Positions 46,745 through 59,782 of a stretch of DNA of 64,000 bases are shown one piece after another (within the stretch, counting starts at the first letter, position 1; each line of letters opens with the position of its first letter). Source of the DNA: Minisyncoccota bacterium (lineage in GTDB: Bacteria; Patescibacteriota; Minisyncoccia; Phycocordibacterales; UBA9973); assembly GCA_031972855.1 (NCBI GenBank), contig DALYDY010000003.1, positions 3,027-67,026 on the forward strand, in the 5' to 3' direction. The notes under the pieces are model-generated. The model was not told the DNA's origin. It did not search any database and saw nothing but the letters and a program-made list of their open reading frames with translations. The translations under genes and the position numbers were made by a program.

Positions 46745-49720
46745 TTAATAGAATAATTTACTTCTCTTGCAATATTCACACTCATCCCCTTTTCCATAAG
46801 ATTTAAAATGACATTCATTTTCTACCCAATTTCCTGTCTTCAATAAATTATCATAATCTATAATATCTCTTTTTAATAAATCTATTTTTTCTTGATCAAT
46901 AAAAGTTGAATATACTTTATTTTTATCATCACTTTCTGCTTCCAAAAAAAGAAGTCTTGATTGAGAAACGACAGCCCCCTTATCACTTCCTTGTATGAGA
47001 TACGAATACATTGCAAGCTGTCTCATGAGATCAGAAAGTCTTCCATCTTCATCAATCTTCTCTATAGAACTAAAGGTCTTTGACTTACCTGTCTTGAAAT
47101 CACTCACAACAATATCGCCATTAGAGAGTCTTTCTGTTAAGTCTATTTTCCCATACATAGTAAGCAGTGGATAATCTTTATCTTTAATAGTTAAAGAACG
47201 CTCTGTTTTAAAATCTAGAGAGAGATTTTTATAATAATCTTTTATCCAAGAACTCACAGCATCAAAAGCATCTTTTTCTAATTTCTTAAATGAATTATTT
47301 TCTTCACCTCCTTCTTTGAGAAGTTCATAATGTATTTTTTCTTTTATTTCAATATCTGTTGGAAGTGATTTTGCTTTTAGAATAAATTCAATAGTCCCAT
47401 GAACAGCACTACCAAGAGTAAGGCTGGTTGTTTTTATTTCTGGTAATTTAAGAAAATTTCTAAAGTACCATTTCCAAGGACATTCAAAGAAATTATTAAG
47501 CATTGTTACAGATACTTTTATGTCTGTGTAATTATTTTTTACTAATTCAACTATATCCAAAATACCTTTTGAAAATTCTTTATTTTCATTTTTTGTATAT
47601 ATATCTACACCCTCTTTCTTAATAATTTCTTCTGTTTCTTCTTTTGAATTTTTTATAAAATGAACAGAAGGTATATCTTTTATAATATGAGCAAGTTCTA
47701 GATCGTTACCAGTATATCCTTCACTTGCATATGAAATAGTACAGAATTCTTTTGCACGAGTAATCGCAACATAAAGCTCCCTCTTAGCACTTTCAATATC
47801 GCGAGTTTGCATATGTTCTTTTATTTTTTCTGGGAGAGTAAATCCACCCTTCTTTTCTGACATTAGAACTTCCTCATTCATATGAGCTATCCACACATGA
47901 GAATATTCAAGCCCTTTTGATTTGTGGAGAGTCATAACTTCAATACCCTCGTCTTTCCCAAAAGTTGCAAGTTCAATATGAGTACCATAAGAATCAAGTC
48001 TGTTTATATATTCAATAAAGTCAAAAATATTTGCCTTCTTATTTTTTTCTTCAAACATAGTTGCAAGATGTATAAAACTTCTTACAACTTCTACATTTTT
48101 CAAAAGTTCTTCTGTATTCTTTGATCTATCAACAAAAACTCTATTTCCAACAACACTTACTATATAAGTAATTTTTTCTTCAGAAAGTGTATTAACAAAA
48201 TCTTTTAAAACATTACCCCAATCAGTCACATCTTTAAATGAAGGAAACATCGAATGAGAATCTGAAGCTTCTATCAAATTTTCTATAAAAATTTCTTTTC
48301 CTTTTTTATTGCGTAAAAAAGTATGAGCTTCAAGAGTATTTATATTACTCTCATTATCGAGAAGCGATTGTGCAATAAGAATACTATTATTAGGATTTGC
48401 AATAATTCCCAATATTCTCAAAAATACATCTGTTTGTTTTTGAGAGAAAAGTGAAATACTTTTTCCAGAAGAAACAGGTAAACCTATAGAAGATAGTGTC
48501 GTTATAGCACTTCTTACATGATAATTTTTAGGTACAAGGATTGCACACTCTTTTGGATTAACACCTTTATCTATTAAATTTTTGAAATAAATACCCGCTC
48601 CTAATATTTCATCACGAGGATAGACATACTCATTTAAAGATACAAGAGTCTCACCTTTTTTGTTACTATTCAATTTATCTTTTGTAATTGAACTAGAAAG
48701 AAGTGTGTCAGCAAGTGAAAGGATTGGTGCTGTTGAACGGTAATTTTCTTTTAATGTTATCAATTTTGCCTTACCAAACATATGTGCAAATTCTTCAAAA
48801 TATGAAAGAGAAGCACCAGAAAATCCATAAATGAGTTGTCTGTCATCTCCCACAACAAAAATATTTGGTTGTTCGGTGTCAATCCAAACAGCTTTCAAAA
48901 AACTATTTTGAACATTACTTGAATCTTGATGTTCGTCTACGAGTACATATAAATAATTTTCTCTTATATCATCTCTTACGTCATCAAATTTTTCTGCCAA
49001 ATCAACAACGTATTCAAGCACATCATCATAGTCCATTAGACATCCTTCTTTCTTTTTTTGTTCATACAATTTATAAAATTCTACAACTTCTTTTGTACGA
49101 GAAAGTGATTCAATCTTTTTTAATATTTCTTTTTTTAGACTACCTTTTGATTCGCCACGACTAGAAATACTGTCTGGATCTTTTTCTAATTTTAATATTT
49201 CACTTTCAACTTCTTCTAAAAATATTTCTGGGGTAATTCTTTCTCTCTTTAAAATAGAGACAAGTTGATTTATTTCTTTGAAATACAGTGAGGGGTCAGT
49301 ACGAGGTCTTAAATATTCAAAATCATTATTATGTAAAATATCATCAATTAAAAAAACTTTTTCATCATCAGACAAAAGAGTGGGCATTTTTTTGAAGTCC
49401 AATAATTCATAATATTTCTCTACCATCGAAATAGCAAAACTGTGGAATGTAGAAATTTTTACCTTATAGGCTTCTGTGCCTATATATGACTCTAGACGTG
49501 TTCTCATAGCCTCCACTCCAGAGTTTGTAAAAGTGAGACATAATATGTCTTCAGGCTTAGAATCTGTATTTTTTAGAATATACGCAATACGAAGCGCAAG
49601 AACTTGGGTCTTTCCCGTACCAGGACCAGCAACAACCATCACGGGGCCGTCTATAGTCTCTACAGCCTTTTTTTGGTCAATATTTAAGTCTTTATACTTC
49701 TCTTCAAATAGTTCAAACAT
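46745..49720 (-). CDS. UvrD/PcrA-family helicase with a C-terminal PD-(D/E)XK (RecB/Cas4-like) nuclease domain
   Basis: Walker A AGPGTGKT. UvrD motifs (VLVDEHQD, VGDDRQLIYGF). C-terminal nuclease with cysteine cluster CPWKWYF...CEYCK. Confidence 0.75.
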   Translation of the reverse strand: MFELFEEKYKDLNIDQKKAVETIDGPVMVVAGPGTGKTQVLALRIAYILKNTDSKPEDILCLTFTNSGVEAMRTRLESYIGTEAYKVKISTFHSFAISMVEKYYELLDFKKMPTLLSDDEKVFLIDDILHNNDFEYLRPRTDPSLYFKEINQLVSILKRERITPEIFLEEVESEILKLEKDPDSISSRGESKGSLKKEILKKIESLSRTKEVVEFYKLYEQKKKEGCLMDYDDVLEYVVDLAEKFDDVRDDIRENYLYVLVDEHQDSSNVQNSFLKAVWIDTEQPNIFVVGDDRQLIYGFSGASLSYFEEFAHMFGKAKLITLKENYRSTAPILSLADTLLSSSITKDKLNSNKKGETLVSLNEYVYPRDEILGAGIYFKNLIDKGVNPKECAILVPKNYHVRSAITTLSSIGLPVSSGKSISLFSQKQTDVFLRILGIIANPNNSILIAQSLLDNESNINTLEAHTFLRNKKGKEIFIENLIEASDSHSMFPSFKDVTDWGNVLKDFVNTLSEEKITYIVSVVGNRVFVDRSKNTEELLKNVEVVRSFIHLATMFEEKNKKANIFDFIEYINRLDSYGTHIELATFGKDEGIEVMTLHKSKGLEYSHVWIAHMNEEVLMSEKKGGFTLPEKIKEHMQTRDIESAKRELYVAITRAKEFCTISYASEGYTGNDLELAHIIKDIPSVHFIKNSKEETEEIIKKEGVDIYTKNENKEFSKGILDIVELVKNNYTDIKVSVTMLNNFFECPWKWYFRNFLKLPEIKTTSLTLGSAVHGTIEFILKAKSLPTDIEIKEKIHYELLKEGGEENNSFKKLEKDAFDAVSSWIKDYYKNLSLDFKTERSLTIKDKDYPLLTMYGKIDLTERLSNGDIVVSDFKTGKSKTFSSIEKIDEDGRLSDLMRQLAMYSYLIQGSDKGAVVSQSRLLFLEAESDDKNKVYSTFIDQEKIDLLKRDIIDYDNLLKTGNWVENECHFKSYGKGDECEYCKRSKLFY

Positions 49721-49812
49721 GGTCTTATTATACCAATTTTAATCATAGATTATTTTATTGACTTTTTTTGTAAAAGTAGTAATATTGTAAGTGGACAATA
49801 AAATTAAAAAAA

Positions 49813-50190
49813 ATGGGTAGCTCAAACAGACTAAAAACAGCTCGAGTACACGCTGTTCAACAAGAGGGTGTCGAGAAAATCGATAACTATTTCAAAGAAA
49901 TTTATAGCATAAAGAATATGCCAGAAAAAATTTCAAAAGAAGATATCAATTACTTAAACAAAATCTTCAATGAAAAGCAACTAAATATTGAGGATTACCG
50001 ACTACGAGGACTTAAATGTTCTAAGTTAAAACTTTCCAAAGAAGAAAGATTGAAAGCAATTAATTCTATTTTTAAAGGTTATCAACAAGCTGGGCAGCAA
50101 ATTGAAAAAAAGACCGAACCAATCTATGACGAAAAAAAGTCTTATGGTAGAGGTGATCACTGGCTCAAACAGAGAGCACAACAATCATAA
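49813..50190 (+). CDS. Hypothetical protein (125 aa)
   Basis: ORF only. Confidence 0.3.
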   Translation: MGSSNRLKTARVHAVQQEGVEKIDNYFKEIYSIKNMPEKISKEDINYLNKIFNEKQLNIEDYRLRGLKCSKLKLSKEERLKAINSIFKGYQQAGQQIEKKTEPIYDEKKSYGRGDHWLKQRAQQS

Positions 50191-50216
50191 AAAACCCCGC
50201 ATTACTGCGGGTTTTT
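50190..50216. terminator. Bidirectional terminator
   Basis: aaaaaccccgc attact gcgggttttt. Confidence 0.6.
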
Positions 50217-50219
50217 ATT

Positions 50220-50738
50220 TTACATATGAGGATTTTCTATTTGAGTTTTTTCTTCTGAAGGTATTTCAGCTTCATGACAATCACATCCACAAGAGGTATC
50301 ACAAACACCATCTTCGCAAGGGCAAGACCCTTCACAAGTTCCATTTTTACATCCACAACCAAGAGCATATTTACCAGGACCAGAGAATACTATTCCTAGA
50401 GATAGTGCTAACATTGCAAAATCAAGTTCTGCTTTTTGGAAAGGAGAACCTATTTTTGTTGTAAAAATAGCAACAAGCATAACTATAGTAAGTAGTGTTC
50501 CAAAAATACCTGTCCAAAAACCAAGAAGTATTGCAATACCTCCAATAGTTTCTACTAGAGCAACAACCCAAGCCATAGTAAGAGCCATAGGTATTCCTAT
50601 AGAAGAGAAAAATCCAGCTGTTTGTTCTATTGACCCAAGCTTCATAATACCGTGAGTAATAAAAATAGCAGCAACAACAATACGCATAACAAGAAGTCCT
50701 AAAGAAGGGTTTTTACAACACCAATTTTTAACATTCAT
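50220..50738 (-). CDS. DoxX-family membrane protein with a cysteine-rich (metallothionein-like) C-terminal tail
   Basis: DoxX helices (LVMRIVVAAIFITHG...). C-terminal GCGCKNGTCEGSCPCEDGVCDTSCGCDCHE. Confidence 0.6.
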   Translation of the reverse strand: MNVKNWCCKNPSLGLLVMRIVVAAIFITHGIMKLGSIEQTAGFFSSIGIPMALTMAWVVALVETIGGIAILLGFWTGIFGTLLTIVMLVAIFTTKIGSPFQKAELDFAMLALSLGIVFSGPGKYALGCGCKNGTCEGSCPCEDGVCDTSCGCDCHEAEIPSEEKTQIENPHM

Positions 50739-50791
50739 AAACTAATAAAAAATTAAATTTTAATAATAGCACCATTATAACATTTTATATA

Positions 50792-51055
50792 CTATTTAGA
50801 ATAATCTTTTCCCCACTGCCATTTTGGCTTTTCTCCTTTTTTATAACAAATAAATAAAAGACTTGTTGTTTCGACAAAAACAACAATTAACCACAAAATT
50901 AAATTAGTAAGACTATTAAACAAAAAATACTGAATTAAATTCCAAAAAAGAAATAATGATATAAAATAAATAAGCATTATCAACCAACCTTCTTTAGATG
51001 AAGGTGTCCACCCCCATCCATAGGTTTTTCTTTTAAACCAAAGTTTGTTTTCCAT
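50792..51055 (-). CDS. Small membrane protein with a YGWGW motif
   Basis: KRKTYGWGWTP followed by two TM helices. Confidence 0.4.
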   Translation of the reverse strand: MENKLWFKRKTYGWGWTPSSKEGWLIMLIYFISLFLFWNLIQYFLFNSLTNLILWLIVVFVETTSLLFICYKKGEKPKWQWGKDYSK

Positions 51056-51093
51056 ATATTAAAGTATAGCAAAAAAAAATCCTCCGAAGAGGA

Positions 51094-51846
51094 TTAGAAT
51101 GGCTTTTTGTTTAAAGTTATTATTTTAAAAAAATGAAGAATAATAAGAACGTAGTAAGCCAAATCAATTTCGAACCATCTTTTTGCAAAATTTGGACTGT
51201 GTGGATAAGTGTGATGATTATTTTGATTTGTCTCACCTAACATAATCCAACCTATGGGCTGATAAACATTTTTTGAATGGTCATTTATATTAAAGTTCCT
51301 GTAGCCAGTCTTATGACCAAACCAGTTAACAATAGCGCCTTGGATAGGTCCATTTAGAATAGTTATTGGTAAGAAAAACCAACACCACCAAACTGGAGCG
51401 AAAAAATAATAAAATAAAGAGAATAAAATTGCCATCAATATAATAGTAATTGGATTGTCGGCAAATCTTTCAAAATTTTTCCATTCTACCGTAACTTCTT
51501 TACCATAAATTTGACATAGAGGATGTTTTCTTTCTCTAATTTTTACGAACTGTTTTTTTGTGTCCCACATCATAGAAAAAATATTTTTAAAATTTCTTGG
51601 TGAATGTGAATCATTTTTAGTGTCACTTTTATCATGATGGTTCAAATGAAAAACAGCATAAGCATAAGGATTGAGAAAAGCAGGTCCTTGAAATAAAAAT
51701 GTTAGCAGAAAAAAAACACGTTCCCAAAAAAAACTCATTGAGAATTGTTTGTGTGTTGTGTACCTATGCAAAAATACACTATGAAAAAAGAGAGATGTTG
51801 TTGGATGTACTAGAAGCACAATCAACACAAAAGTTTGTACATTCAT
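51094..51846 (-). CDS. Membrane fatty-acid desaturase-family protein (three histidine boxes)
   Basis: HRYTTH, HLNHHDK, NNHHTYPH. Confidence 0.55.
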   Translation of the reverse strand: MNVQTFVLIVLLVHPTTSLFFHSVFLHRYTTHKQFSMSFFWERVFFLLTFLFQGPAFLNPYAYAVFHLNHHDKSDTKNDSHSPRNFKNIFSMMWDTKKQFVKIRERKHPLCQIYGKEVTVEWKNFERFADNPITIILMAILFSLFYYFFAPVWWCWFFLPITILNGPIQGAIVNWFGHKTGYRNFNINDHSKNVYQPIGWIMLGETNQNNHHTYPHSPNFAKRWFEIDLAYYVLIILHFFKIITLNKKPF

Positions 51847-51897
51847 ATTATTTAGTTTTTAAGTTATTTGTATAGTAGTATAGCAAATAATGAAAAA

Positions 51898-52491
51898 CTA
51901 AAGAATATTAAATTCTTCAAAAACAGATTGATATAAACCTTTTACACGATAAGCTTCTTTTTGGTCTAGCTTGAAATCAAGCCCGTCGTGAGCTATTCTA
52001 TTTCTAATATAATTTGCTTCGCGAGCAAATTTTGCTGTACGAAAATCACTAGGTTCAACATTCTTGAGTTTTTCACCTGTTGTATCGCCTTTTATAAGCA
52101 TTGGGGAAACTAATTTTTCAAGCATTGTATTTGATTCAATAATTGCCAATCGCCAATCACTTTGTTTTGGAGAATCAAAAAGATCACAGATATGTAACCA
52201 TTGTGAATTTTTAATTGGATTTTCTTCTTCTTGTTTTTTTATCAAATCTTTTTCTTTTGCTTTTTCTTCCATTTCTTTTTTCATTTCATACAAACGCATC
52301 CAAGTATAAAATAAAATAACAAGAATAATTATAACAAAGAAAGCTGATATCATTTTTAAAGTTCCAATAAATTCATTAAAATTTGTTCCTCTTAAAAAAG
52401 AGAAAAAATTAATAAGAAAATTGTATATTCTACTAAATAAATAATCGAGTGATAAGTACGTTGGTTCAAATTGTGGTACTTGTAATGCCAT
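51898..52491 (-). CDS. Membrane-anchored protein with a C-terminal HEPN-like (RNxxxH) motif
   Basis: TM helix ISAFFVIIILVILFY. Charged coiled region. ANYIRNRIAHDG near the C-terminus. Confidence 0.35.
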   Translation of the reverse strand: MALQVPQFEPTYLSLDYLFSRIYNFLINFFSFLRGTNFNEFIGTLKMISAFFVIIILVILFYTWMRLYEMKKEMEEKAKEKDLIKKQEEENPIKNSQWLHICDLFDSPKQSDWRLAIIESNTMLEKLVSPMLIKGDTTGEKLKNVEPSDFRTAKFAREANYIRNRIAHDGLDFKLDQKEAYRVKGLYQSVFEEFNIL

Positions 52492-52496
52492 ATATA

Positions 52497-53909
52497 CTAT
52501 TGTACGTTTTCTTCGAACTTTTTTGCAACCTCAAAAAGAAGGTTTTCCCCAAAATGTGGTCCCATGAATTGTAGACTGTGTTTTAGATTATTTGGAGCAT
52601 CACCTGAAGGGATAGATATAGCAGGAATTCCGGCAATATTTGCTGGTACAGTAAATAAATCTGAGAGTTTCATAGCTATAGGATCATTATTTTTTGAACC
52701 TATAGGAAATGCGAGAAATGGTGATGTTGGTGTTGCAATAACATCTACAATTTCAAAAATATCTTTATATTCTTTTTGAATTGCTTTTTGAAGCGCTAGC
52801 GCTTTACCATAGTAAGCATCATAATATCCATGTGAAAGGATATATGTTCCAAGAAGAATTCTTCTTCGCACCTCTTTACCAAATCCAGCCTCACGAGTTT
52901 TTTCGTATTGATCTTTTAGATTATTTGAAGATAGCGACATTCCAAAACGAATACTATCATAACGAGAAAGATTAGAAGAAGCTTCAGCTGGCATTAGAAT
53001 ATAATACACAGCAAGAGCATATGGAGACAAAGGAAGGTCAATATCTACAATTTCATATCCAAGAGACTTTAAAGTTTCAATTGATTTGTCAAAATTCTCT
53101 TTAACAGAAGTTTCGATTCCCTCACCTGTTACCCAAGATTTTGGTACACCAATTTTTTTTACTTCTTTTTTATTTTCAGTTCTTAAATTTTCAGGAATAG
53201 AAGTTGCATCGTTTTTGTCATATTTATTTATAAAATTTAAAAGTGTTTCTGCATCAGCTACATTTTTTGTAATAGGACCAATTTGATCAAGTGATGACGC
53301 CATAGCCATAAGACCAAAACGTGAGACTGTTCCATATGTAGACTTCATTCCAACAAGTCCGCAGAATGCTGCAGGTTGTCTAATAGATCCTCCAGTATCA
53401 GACCCGAGAGATAGGAAAGTTCCCCCCATTGCAAGAGAAGCTACCGCTCCACCAGAAGAACCTCCTGGAACTAAATCTTCATTTAAAGGATTTTTTGTAA
53501 TTCCATAAAAACTTGTTTCAGTAGAAGATCCCATAGCAAATTCATCCATATTTGTTCTACCAAGGAAAATAGCTCCGGCATTTTTTAAAATTTCTATAAC
53601 AGTTGCATTATATGTAGATGTATAATTCTCAAGAATTTTCGAACCAGAAGATGCTTTGTGACCCAAGAAAAGCATATTATCTTTTAATGATACAGGAATA
53701 CCAGTCATAAGAGTTGCTATTCCGTCTTCAAACATTTTCTCAGCATTTTTAACTTGCTCATCAATATCAGAATAAACTTCTATGTATGCATTTATGGAAG
53801 GATTTTTTTCTTCAATATTTTTCAAGAAAAAATCAACAAGAGCGCGAACTGTAATTTCGCCTGACTTTATTTTTTCATGAGTTTCTTTTATTGTGTTTGG
53901 TATTATCAT
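52497..53909 (-). CDS. gatA: Glutamyl-tRNA(Gln) amidotransferase subunit A (amidase signature family)
   Basis: GGSSGGAVASLA, Ser-cisSer-Lys triad context. Size is 470 aa. Confidence 0.9.
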   Translation of the reverse strand: MIIPNTIKETHEKIKSGEITVRALVDFFLKNIEEKNPSINAYIEVYSDIDEQVKNAEKMFEDGIATLMTGIPVSLKDNMLFLGHKASSGSKILENYTSTYNATVIEILKNAGAIFLGRTNMDEFAMGSSTETSFYGITKNPLNEDLVPGGSSGGAVASLAMGGTFLSLGSDTGGSIRQPAAFCGLVGMKSTYGTVSRFGLMAMASSLDQIGPITKNVADAETLLNFINKYDKNDATSIPENLRTENKKEVKKIGVPKSWVTGEGIETSVKENFDKSIETLKSLGYEIVDIDLPLSPYALAVYYILMPAEASSNLSRYDSIRFGMSLSSNNLKDQYEKTREAGFGKEVRRRILLGTYILSHGYYDAYYGKALALQKAIQKEYKDIFEIVDVIATPTSPFLAFPIGSKNNDPIAMKLSDLFTVPANIAGIPAISIPSGDAPNNLKHSLQFMGPHFGENLLFEVAKKFEENVQ

Positions 53910-53912
53910 AGA

Positions 53913-54197
53913 TTATAAAATTTTTGGAACTTTAAAATAATTATCTTGCTTATTAGGAGCTTCATTCAAAAGTGCTTCCGTATAAAAACCTGTTTGCAAA
54001 GGACCAGTATCCTCTCTAAAATTATTATTAAGTAATGGCTTACCCATATCAATATCTTTGATAGAGGCATTTTTAATTTGATCTACATAAGAAATAACCT
54101 GGGCCAAATCTTTTGCCACATTTTGTGCTTCTTCATCTGTAATACTAATTTTACTTAAATTTGCTAGGTTTTTTACTGTTTCAATATCCATAGACAC
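53913..54197 (-). CDS. gatC: Glu/Asp-tRNA amidotransferase subunit C
   Basis: Position immediately upstream of gatA, 94 aa, typical GatC N-terminus. Confidence 0.75.
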   Translation of the reverse strand: MSMDIETVKNLANLSKISITDEEAQNVAKDLAQVISYVDQIKNASIKDIDMGKPLLNNNFREDTGPLQTGFYTEALLNEAPNKQDNYFKVPKIL

Positions 54198-54224
54198 TTA
54201 TTATAGCAAAAAATAAGTTTTTTG

Positions 54225-56767
<2,543 letters not shown>

Positions 56768-56784
<17 letters not shown>

Positions 56785-57463
56785 ATAATGTTTCAGTAAA
56801 TATTTTTGTTTTAGTAGATGTACCATTTTTCCAAGATATTGTAGCAACAATAATAACACTATTTCCTCCTGATGGATTATTATAAAAAACTATTTTTCTT
56901 CTAAAAGATGTTTTTTGAATTGGATCAATTAAATCTGTTGGATCTATGCCGTAATAATCAATATTAGGAGTTGTGGACTGATCTCTATATATATTTATTT
57001 TACTACAAGAATTATTTCCCTCATCATCAACACTAGAACAAGCATGGACAGATCTAGACAGAGAGTCTACTTCACAACCAGAACCAACATTAAAACAACT
57101 ATCATACTTTGAAATAAAACCACTCCAATCAGGAACTCCTCCTTGGTTAAACTTTTGAAAAACAATAGTGTCGCGATCGTTCCTTACAATATCTATAGCT
57201 TCTTGAGCAAGATAAGTTCCTATAATATCATTTTTTGAATACTGACCAGAGTTTGTTGTTGTACCGGACAAAACAAAGAGTGCTGTAATAGCAATACTAA
57301 AAATAAAAATTGCTATCAGTGTTTCTATAAGAGTAAACCCGGACACCAAATTTGACGAATTGAATCCTCTAGTTTTGATTTGCAGTCTAGACATAGACAA
57401 ATTTGGTGTGCGGGTAAACCCTTTTTGTTGATATATTAAATTTTTAAAATCTAAAATTTTCAT
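56768..57463 (-). CDS. Minor type IV pilin/pseudopilin
   Basis: SGFTLIETLIAIFIFSIAI. Confidence 0.7.
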
Positions 57464-57465
57464 AA

Positions 57466-58194
57466 TTAATACTTAAATTGTCTTTGAGATAAAAGAGTCT
57501 GAACTCTAAAAGTTGAAATTTGTTCTTGTACTGTAGTTACCCCGTCAATAAATAAATGAATACTTGGTTGTCCCTCTGAAGAGACACCATTCACTTTAAA
57601 TATAAGATTGTACACATCTATATTTGATGAAGTTATTGGAGCGCATTCCCAAGAAAGTAAAGCATTCGAAATATAATCTTTACTTATACAACGTTCAACA
57701 TAGTTATAATCAATGTTAGTATTTGGGTTAGTTGTCTGTGCTAACTGATATCCATAAATATTTATTTCACCAGTTACATAATTTAAAACTTTAAAAACAA
57801 TTCCTGTACCAGAAGTACAATTTTCTCCAAATTTATCTGAAGGAAAATCTGATTCAAAACTTATATCAATAGGAATGTCTTGATTGTTTAAACATGTATA
57901 ATCATAGCCAAGTCTAGCATTTCTTGATAAATTTTCTATAGCAAAATTAAGATTATCAATAACAGTTCTTCCAGCCTCAGCATTTTGAGCGCTAGCCTGA
58001 GCTGTAACCATAGCAATCACACCAGAAATAATTACAGATGTGAACAAAGTAAGAGATATCATAAGCTCTACAAGAGTAAATCCAGATACTATATTTGATT
58101 TATATGTAGAGTCTCGCTCATTTAAATTACCATAAATATTTATAGAATTTGAGGAAGTTTTTTTATTTTTCTTTGCATAAGAAAAAATATTCAT
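57466..58194 (-). CDS. Minor type IV pilin/pseudopilin
   Basis: SGFTLVELMISLTLFTSVI. Confidence 0.7.
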   Translation of the reverse strand: MNIFSYAKKNKKTSSNSINIYGNLNERDSTYKSNIVSGFTLVELMISLTLFTSVIISGVIAMVTAQASAQNAEAGRTVIDNLNFAIENLSRNARLGYDYTCLNNQDIPIDISFESDFPSDKFGENCTSGTGIVFKVLNYVTGEINIYGYQLAQTTNPNTNIDYNYVERCISKDYISNALLSWECAPITSSNIDVYNLIFKVNGVSSEGQPSIHLFIDGVTTVQEQISTFRVQTLLSQRQFKY

Positions 58195-58198
58195 ACAT

Positions 58199-58894
58199 CT
58201 ATTCTACACTAATAACACCAGTATTCCACACTGTAATAAATCTACGCAATCCTTCAACCGACACAACAGATATTGAAGCATGAGATATTGGATTTCCTGT
58301 TAAAGGATCAAGATTTGTTTGAATTAAATTTTCGGCATCAAAAAAAGAAAAAAGAGCGTCATGATTTGGACGATTAAAAACGATATCTAATTTTCCTTGA
58401 AAAACACAGTCACTATCATTCAAACAAATGGCTTCAATTCTGTCACTTGTGGCTATAGAAATGAGTTCAATACACTCTTCTTGAGGATTAAAAAATACAT
58501 CGCAAGAAGAACCATCGTAATAACCATTTTGTTCAATCAAAGGATCTGTTATTTTAAAATCTCCAAAAATTAAAAATCTGTCTGGTTCGTCCATGTCAAT
58601 ATGGAAACCATAACCAACAACAACCTCTTCTGGAAGAGTTGGTTCTGGATTTTGAAAACCAAGAGTAAAACTTTGAGCTTTTCTAATAGTTAAAGCTATA
58701 TCTTGTGCTAAATTTTTTACAGTAATGTTTGTTTCGAAAGCTCTATAGTTATAAGCAGATAATGATGAAATAACTGCAAAAATAGCAACAACAACCATTA
58801 ACTCAACCACAGTAAATCCTTGTCTATTAAAAATTTTCTTATGAAAATTTTTGTAGGTATTTTTTTTATTATTGTTTATATTTATTCGAAACAT
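58199..58894 (-). CDS. Minor type IV pilin/pseudopilin
   Basis: QGFTVVELMVVVAIFAVIS. Confidence 0.7.
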   Translation of the reverse strand: MFRININNNKKNTYKNFHKKIFNRQGFTVVELMVVVAIFAVISSLSAYNYRAFETNITVKNLAQDIALTIRKAQSFTLGFQNPEPTLPEEVVVGYGFHIDMDEPDRFLIFGDFKITDPLIEQNGYYDGSSCDVFFNPQEECIELISIATSDRIEAICLNDSDCVFQGKLDIVFNRPNHDALFSFFDAENLIQTNLDPLTGNPISHASISVVSVEGLRRFITVWNTGVISVE

Positions 58895-58900
58895 TTTAGT

Positions 58901-59695
58901 TTAAAAGATAAACAAGTTAATCAGCTTATCAAAATTCAAAGACAAGAAGAATACAATCCAAGAAGAAATCATAAGAAACGGAGCAAAAGGTATTTCTGTT
59001 TTAAGTCCCCATTTTGTTTTACCTAATAACAATATAATTATTGAGAATACTGCCCCTATCCAAAAAGCAATCATTAGTGCCGTAAATCCAGCTGATATGC
59101 CAAGCAGTGCGCCAATCGACAAAGCTATCTTTGCATCTCCAAAACCCATCCATTTACCTTTTGACAAAAAGAATAATAGAGCAAATGGCAGAGCCACAAC
59201 AAACGAAGCAAGTAATGTTGGAGCTATAGCGTCTGGGCCCCAAATAATTCCAGACAAAACAACAGCAGAAAAGAAAGAAGTGTAAGATAAAATATCTGGA
59301 ATTATTTTATGTTTAATATCGTAAGCAAGCATCACAATCCATAAACAAAATATAAATGAAGTTACTGTTGTAATAATAACAAAACTAGAGTAGCTAACAG
59401 ATAATATGTTTGAAAGTTTATAAGCTGTAAGAGTAAAAATTATTGCAGTCAAGAATTCAACAATTGGGTACTGAAAAGATATTTTGTTGCGACAAGTACG
59501 ACATTTACCGAGTTGCATAATGAAAGACACTAAAGGAATCAATTCGTACCACTTCAAAGTTGTACTACAAGAAAAACAAATAGATCTACCTTTTGCAACA
59601 GATCGTCCTGTATTAAAACGACAAATGACAACATTTAGAAAACTACCAATAACAGTACCTAAAATAGCAATGAGAAAATAAATTAAAAAGTTCAT
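58901..59695 (-). CDS. pilD: Prepilin peptidase (A24 family)
   Basis: N-terminal Cys tetrad CRFNTG...CFSC...CRTCRN. Multiple TM helices. TATAAT lies 8 nt before the ATG. Confidence 0.8.
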   Translation of the reverse strand: MNFLIYFLIAILGTVIGSFLNVVICRFNTGRSVAKGRSICFSCSTTLKWYELIPLVSFIMQLGKCRTCRNKISFQYPIVEFLTAIIFTLTAYKLSNILSVSYSSFVIITTVTSFIFCLWIVMLAYDIKHKIIPDILSYTSFFSAVVLSGIIWGPDAIAPTLLASFVVALPFALLFFLSKGKWMGFGDAKIALSIGALLGISAGFTALMIAFWIGAVFSIIILLLGKTKWGLKTEIPFAPFLMISSWIVFFLSLNFDKLINLFIF

Positions 59696-59744
59696 AATAT
59701 ATATTATACCAAGACTATTGAAATATAGTATGTACAAAAACAAA

Positions 59745-59772
59745 AAATCCCACATATGTGGGGTTTTTTTAG
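59745..59772. terminator. Terminator 3' of the major pilin gene
   Basis: aaaaatcccacatatgtggggttttttt. Confidence 0.55.
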
Positions 59773-59782
59773 TAACTATATA

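Noticed and set aside
6929-52497. gatB separated from gatC-gatA (~46 kb apart) as an anomaly
   Set aside because: Split gatCAB arrangements are common. All three subunits are present and intact.
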